Source: Takakia lepidozioides
Lineage: Eukaryota; Plantae; Bryophyta
Assembly: GCA_030704615.1 (NCBI GenBank)
Contig: CM060734.1
Location: 41,664,001 to 41,728,000, forward strand
Reading direction: 5' to 3'
DNA: 64,000 bases
Shown here piece by piece: positions 58,623-64,000 of the stretch (position 1 is the first letter of the stretch; every line of letters starts with the position of its first letter). A program made the position numbers and the translations under genes. The notes under the pieces are model-generated. The model had not been told where the DNA came from, did not search any database, and worked only from the letters and a program-made list of their open reading frames with translations.

Positions 58623-59284
58623 ACTAACGCTTGGCACTTCTATATGACCAGTAGACCAATCAAACAGTTGTATGTGTGACTTGAACATGAACCACTTGAA
58701 GTGGGTATACGGAGGCCACATCCTGCCTTGAGTGGTTTCCGGAGTTATATCCAGCACTACCAGTCACTGCCTTTGCCATCCAAGCATCTTTGCCATTTGG
58801 GCTTCACAATCTCTTTTGGTTCACTTTTCCCTTACTCTGCAGGAGAAATGAAAGAGGTGTGTATCTGTGTTCCTGTGTGTAGAAATGTGTATAAAAAGGA
58901 TCTTGGGCATTCCTCTGCAGCAGAATGTTACATCTCTGTAGTGAAGCAGTGCACGAACTTGAGTTACCCCTGTGGCATCAATTTACAACATTGGCATCAC
59001 AGCTACAATCTGGGTTGGGATACTAGATAAACCCCAATCACTCCCGAAAACTCACACCGCAGAGTCCCACAATACTTTTGTGACCCATCTCTAAATCTCT
59101 GTGCCATCAGAATTTGCCCACTCAACAAGGCACTAGTATCGTTCATTTCACATTTGAATTGTCGTCATCACCATTCGCAGCTCAGAGAAAGTGGAGTACC
59201 CAGTGTTGCATTCCAGTGTTGCATTCCATGACAGTTATATGTTTCTTTCTACTTTCAAAAATAAGGTCATATTATTGCCCCCTT

Positions 59285-62200
59285 TCACCAGTAATCCCCA
59301 CAAGAGCAAACCCCATCTTGGAAGCAGTGAATCCCACTGGCATCCCGAACAACAATTGCTCGCCCAACAACCTTTGAGATGAACCTGGCATCCATGTGGC
59401 AGCCACCACAGCACCGAAGGTTCTTGACAACACCGAGAGGTGTCCCAGGGGATGTGCTGACAAGGCCAAAAGCAATGGCCAGCTTCTCACCATGGTAGCA
59501 AAGAGAGAGATCATTTTGTTGCTCCTCCACATCCTGAAATAGAAAGTTTGTATGAAGCGTATATCGAGCCTCCTTCATCTGGCATGACAATCTCTTCAAC
59601 TCTGCATGGATTTCCTCTATTTGAGGATGTGATTTGTCATCTGCAACGAATTTATGCACCCGCTTATCAACCACAATGCAGCAGCAATCTGGATCTTTTT
59701 TGACATCTCTGTCCATCATCATTCTCTTCACCTTTGCAGTATCGTTCCACCTGCCAGCTGCAGCATAGATGCTTGATAGTAGCACATAAGTGCCAGCCTC
59801 ATGTGGATCCCACTTGAGAAGCCATTTTGCTGCACGTTCTGCCACCCCCACATTGCCATAAATTCTGCAAGCACCAAGCAGAGCCCGCCACACCGCAGCA
59901 TCTGGTTCAATTGGCATTCTGTTGATGAAGTCCACTGCCTCATCCAAATGCCCTGCACGGCCAAGAAGGTCCACCATGCAGCCAAAATGTTCCACTGTAG
60001 GAGTGAGGCCATACTCTCGAATCATGCAATGAAAGTAGTGACAGCCTTCATCTACTAGACCAACACGGCTACATGCAGACAGAAGACATATAAAGGTGAC
60101 CACATTTGGCTTCAACCCTTCCTGTTGCATTTGTTCAAATAGTTGCAGGGCCTCCCTACCACACCCATGCTGAGCATATCCTGCCATCATTGCACTCCAT
60201 GAGACAACAGTTGGATAAGCCATATTGTTGAACACTTGACGTGCATCCTTCATGCTCCCACATTTGGCATACATGTCAGCAAGTGCAGTCTCCAGAATGA
60301 CATCTGTTGCAATTCCAGTTTTGACGATGTCAGCATGAACCTCTTTGCCCAGTCCCAAGGCTGCTAGGCTGGCACATGCTTTGAGGACAGAATTGAAAGT
60401 GACTATGTCGGGCATCACCCCTTCCAATACCATTTGATCATACATTCCCACAGCCTCCATACCATACCCATGCTGAGCATATCCTGCGACCATAGCACTC
60501 CATGAGACCACATTTGGCTTCAAGCCTTCTTCCTTCATTAGTTCAAATAGTTGCAGGGCCTCCCTGCCACAACCATGCTGAGCATATCCCGTGATAATTG
60601 CATTCCACGAGACCACATTCCGTTGAGCCATACTGTCAAAAACTTGACGGGCATCCTTCATGCTCCCACATTTGGCATACATATCAACAAGGGCAGTGTC
60701 CAGAATGACCTCTGACGCAATTCCAGCTTTCATCATGGCAGCATGAGCCTCTTTGCCTTTTTCCAGGGCCACCATGCTGGCACACACATTGAGAATGCAA
60801 GCAAATGTGACCTTATCCGGGATCATCCCTTCCTGTAGCATTTGCTGATAGATCTCAAAAACCTCCCTACCACAGCCATGCCGAGAATATCCTGCAATCA
60901 TGACATTCCATGAGACCACATCTTGTTTTGCCATATTATCAAATACTTGACGGGCATCCTTTATGCTCCCACATCTGGCATACATGTCGACAAGGGCAGT
61001 CTCCAGAATATCCTCGGGCGCAATTCCAGCTTTCATGATATCAGCATGAACCTCTTTGCCCTTCTCCAGGGCCATCATGCTGGCACACGCATTGAGAATG
61101 CAAATAAACGTGACTTTGTCCGGCGTCATCCCTTCCTGCAGCATTTGCTCGTAGGCCTCAAGTGCTTCCCTCCCACAGCCATGTTGAGCATATCCTGTGA
61201 TCATGACATTCCATGAGACAACATCTCTCAGTGCCATATTGTTGAATACTTGACGGGCCTCCTTAACACTCCCACATTTGGCATACATGTCAACAAGGGT
61301 ATTCTCCAGAATGCTATCTGGTGCAATACCAGCTTTCACAATGTCAGCATGAACCTCCTTGCCCTTTTCCAGGGCTGCCAGGCTTGCGCATGCATTGAGA
61401 GCACAAATGAACGTGACCCGATCCGGCATCACCCCTTCCCTAATCATGTGCTTATAGATCTCAAAAGCTTCTCTACTCCACCCATGCCGATCATATCCTG
61501 CCATCATTGCAGTCCATGAGACCACATTTCGGTGAGCCATATTATCGAACACATGACGCGCATCCTTTACGCTCCCACATTTGGCATACATGGTGACAAG
61601 AGCAGTGTCCAGAATAATATCTGGCACAACTCCAGCTTTGCGGATTGCTACATGGACCTCTATACCCTTCTCCAGGGCTGTCAGGCTGGCACACACATTG
61701 ACAATGCAAGTGAATGTGACTTTGTTGGGTCTCACCCCTTCCTGTATCATTTGCTCATAGATCTTGAGGGCCTCCCTCAAGAACCCATGCTTTGCATATC
61801 CTGCCATTATTATATTCCATGTAAACAAGTCTCGGTCAAGCATTTTTTCAAACACTAGGCGTGCATCTACCACACTTCCACACTTGGCATACATGTTGAC
61901 AAGGCTGTTCAGTAGAAAAGTGTTTGGCTTGAATCCATTTTGGATGATGTGGGCATGCACCTGCTTTCCCTCTGCTAGGCCTTTCATCTTAGTGCATTCC
62001 CGCAAGAGACAGACATAAGTATTGAAGTCTGATGAAATATCTCCCTGGTTCAAAATCTGCAGCGCCTCTTTCAGTCGTCCTGCCTTACATAGTGTCCTCA
62101 CATCCGCACAAGTGCCAGAAGAGTTCTTGTTGACTCCCTCTCTCAGTCCTCTTTCAAAAACAGTGATCATGGTGGAGGTGCATGATCTAAACAACTGTGC

Positions 62201-63790
62201 CTGATTCAACCCTGCCATCCTGCATGATTAAAAATTCTTAGCCACAAACCTTGACACTCAAAACTCCCAAACAATACCTTGGACCGAAGTCAGCGTAAAT
62301 AAGAGCCTCGTCCCCTTATAGATACCAACCCCTTTCAAGGTTTGCAGAGAGTTCACCTCTAAGCTCCTACATACCTCAAAGCAAGATCTCTTCATGAGGA
62401 TAGGCTCATTGGTACATGTGAATAAGGTTTCTGTGTTGGTTACCCTTCCATATCAAAGCATCTCAGTTCACACTTGCAACACATATCGACTCAGACACAA
62501 GCTGCAATACCATTACTGTCCTTGCATGGACTGCATTTCTGAAAACCACATTCACCTTCACCCCGACAAAAATTACAAGATCAACATCTCATTCAAAAAC
62601 AGAAGAACCCTGCTCCCTGGAACATGTGATGGGTGGCTCACAGTCTCCTCTCTTGAAAATTTTACTGAGAGTACTAAGGAGAACACCTCAAAACTAATAG
62701 AGAAAGATCAGAATCTACATCTGTAAGGCAAGTGGAACTGTCATACTGGAAGCGCCCCACCAAATCCCCTCCACCATTGCTTGTCACGGGATTTTGCCTG
62801 GCTGCTTCCAACTCCAATTGACCATCTACCCAGACCATGCTCTTGTAGTGATCAATCCTCAGTGCTTCACTGGTTTTCTTGTGTGTGAAATACAGTTGTC
62901 TAGGACAGACCTGCACCCACATTCATCACTGCCGACCTTGGCTCCAAAACAAGATTGACTAGATTTTTTGGACATGTTTTCAGGTGGTTTTATATGTGTT
63001 TTTTGTGTCAGGGGTACCCTTTTTCAAAAGTCAACGAAAAGGCACTGGGCATTTAATGGTTGAAGATGCACCTCACCAACAGGCATTTAACCAGGTGTTG
63101 CAAAGACTAAATTGCCAAGTCTTCTTTTCCATCCAAAATCTACACCTTGTCAAACTCTCTGGTTTCTGGAAGACTGTTTCCATCTTTGAAAGTTCTTTAT
63201 CTTGGATGTGGTATACTCCAGTGGAGAGAGAGAGAGAGAGAGAATCATTACTTTGCGAGAATATGTCTGCTTCTACCGCAACGTAACTAGCACTCACCTT
63301 ATTGCCTTGATTGTCCCACAATGGACTGAGGTTTGAAATATATCTGTTCCACAGCTTCTCCTCGTCTGCATTTTGGCTTTTCGGAAAATGGCATGTGTTA
63401 GCAACTTGCTTCCTGAATGTGACCACGGTTGGCCACCCAATTTCTTCATGTCCAGGTGGCCTCGTTGGTCAACCCCCATAAACCTCATCCTCCTGTACTC
63501 CTCACAATCAGCTTGACACTGTTCCAAACAACCCTTAATCCAATGCAGTTTGGGAAATGCAGAGGACCATGTACATTGTGTAGCCCACACCGTCTTGAAG
63601 CTTTAAGCCCAGAGCCGGACTGGCAGGCCACGTAGCACCGGCGAAGCTGAGGGGTCCCCGAGATGCCTCGAAAACGTGTGGAGAAGGCAGGATCTCTCAC
63701 AGATGTCATGCATAATGTATGAGCTTCCATGGTTGCTCCTTCTCCAACCCTTTTGCCAAACCCACTTGCCACTGACCTGGAGAGGGCCAT
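59285..63790 (-). CDS. PLS-class PPR-E-DYW RNA-editing factor with an N-terminal OSB-type PDF motif; ~1129 aa
   Basis: Exons 63790-63568 (donor tentative), 63365-63298, 62910-62747 and 62219-59285. The 977-aa ORF has PLS repeats, E1/E2, HGE...CGGC and terminal DYW. Exons 2-3 give EEKLWNRYISNLSPLWDNQGNK|VCPRQLYFTHKKTSEALRIDHYKSMVWVDGQL. Confidence 0.88.
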
Positions 63791-64000
63791 GGCTGCTCCT
63801 TCTCCAACTCTGTTGCCAAACCCTTTAGCCCCTGCTCTTAAGAGATGGCGGTAGGGGTATTAAATCAGCCAGGACAGCAAGAGTATAGCAGGACATCCTA
63901 CACAAGCAGAGAGAGAGTGTAACTTTGCATCTCCGATAGGTGAAGAACAAGTGTGTGATATTGTATCAGATAGAATGCACATAAACTACTGGCAGGCCAG

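Noticed and set aside
63728-63823. Direct repeat of ~37 bp at a 57-bp period around the PPR start codon
   Set aside because: Real but a simple local duplication; it only makes the choice between the ATG at 63790 and the next in-frame ATG uncertain.

Overview
Eukaryotic nuclear DNA from a non-seed land plant. This is an inference from spliceosomal introns, several PLS/DYW PPR RNA-editing genes and a class-2 DYRK kinase. Genes assembled by hand: (1) the 3' end of a PPR-DYW gene with a 1-nt frameshift before its CxxC; (2) a 15-exon full-size ABCG/PDR transporter (~1710 aa); (3) a plastid FNR-like (pKIWI502-like) oxidoreductase; (4) a DYRK2-like kinase with a LINE cluster in one intron; (5) SF3B5; (6) a tail-to-tail pair of PLS-PPR genes with a decayed PPR fragment between them. 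Intergenic DNA and introns hold hAT, PIF/Harbinger, TA-flanked and TTAA-flanked (piggyBac-like) DNA elements and tRNA-derived SINEs, some nested four deep. Two features are invisible in the ORF track and appear only after splicing. First, both terminal PPR genes have three small upstream exons (intron phases 1,0,2 in both) that encode a transit-peptide-like leader and an OSB-type 'PDF' ssDNA-binding motif, fused in frame to the PLS(-DYW) editing factor. Second, the ABCG transporter has a canonical-order PDZ-like domain inserted between NBD1 and TMD1, and both of its composite ATPase sites are degenerate. All gene models come from manual splice-site and phase reading; no database search or transcript data were available.
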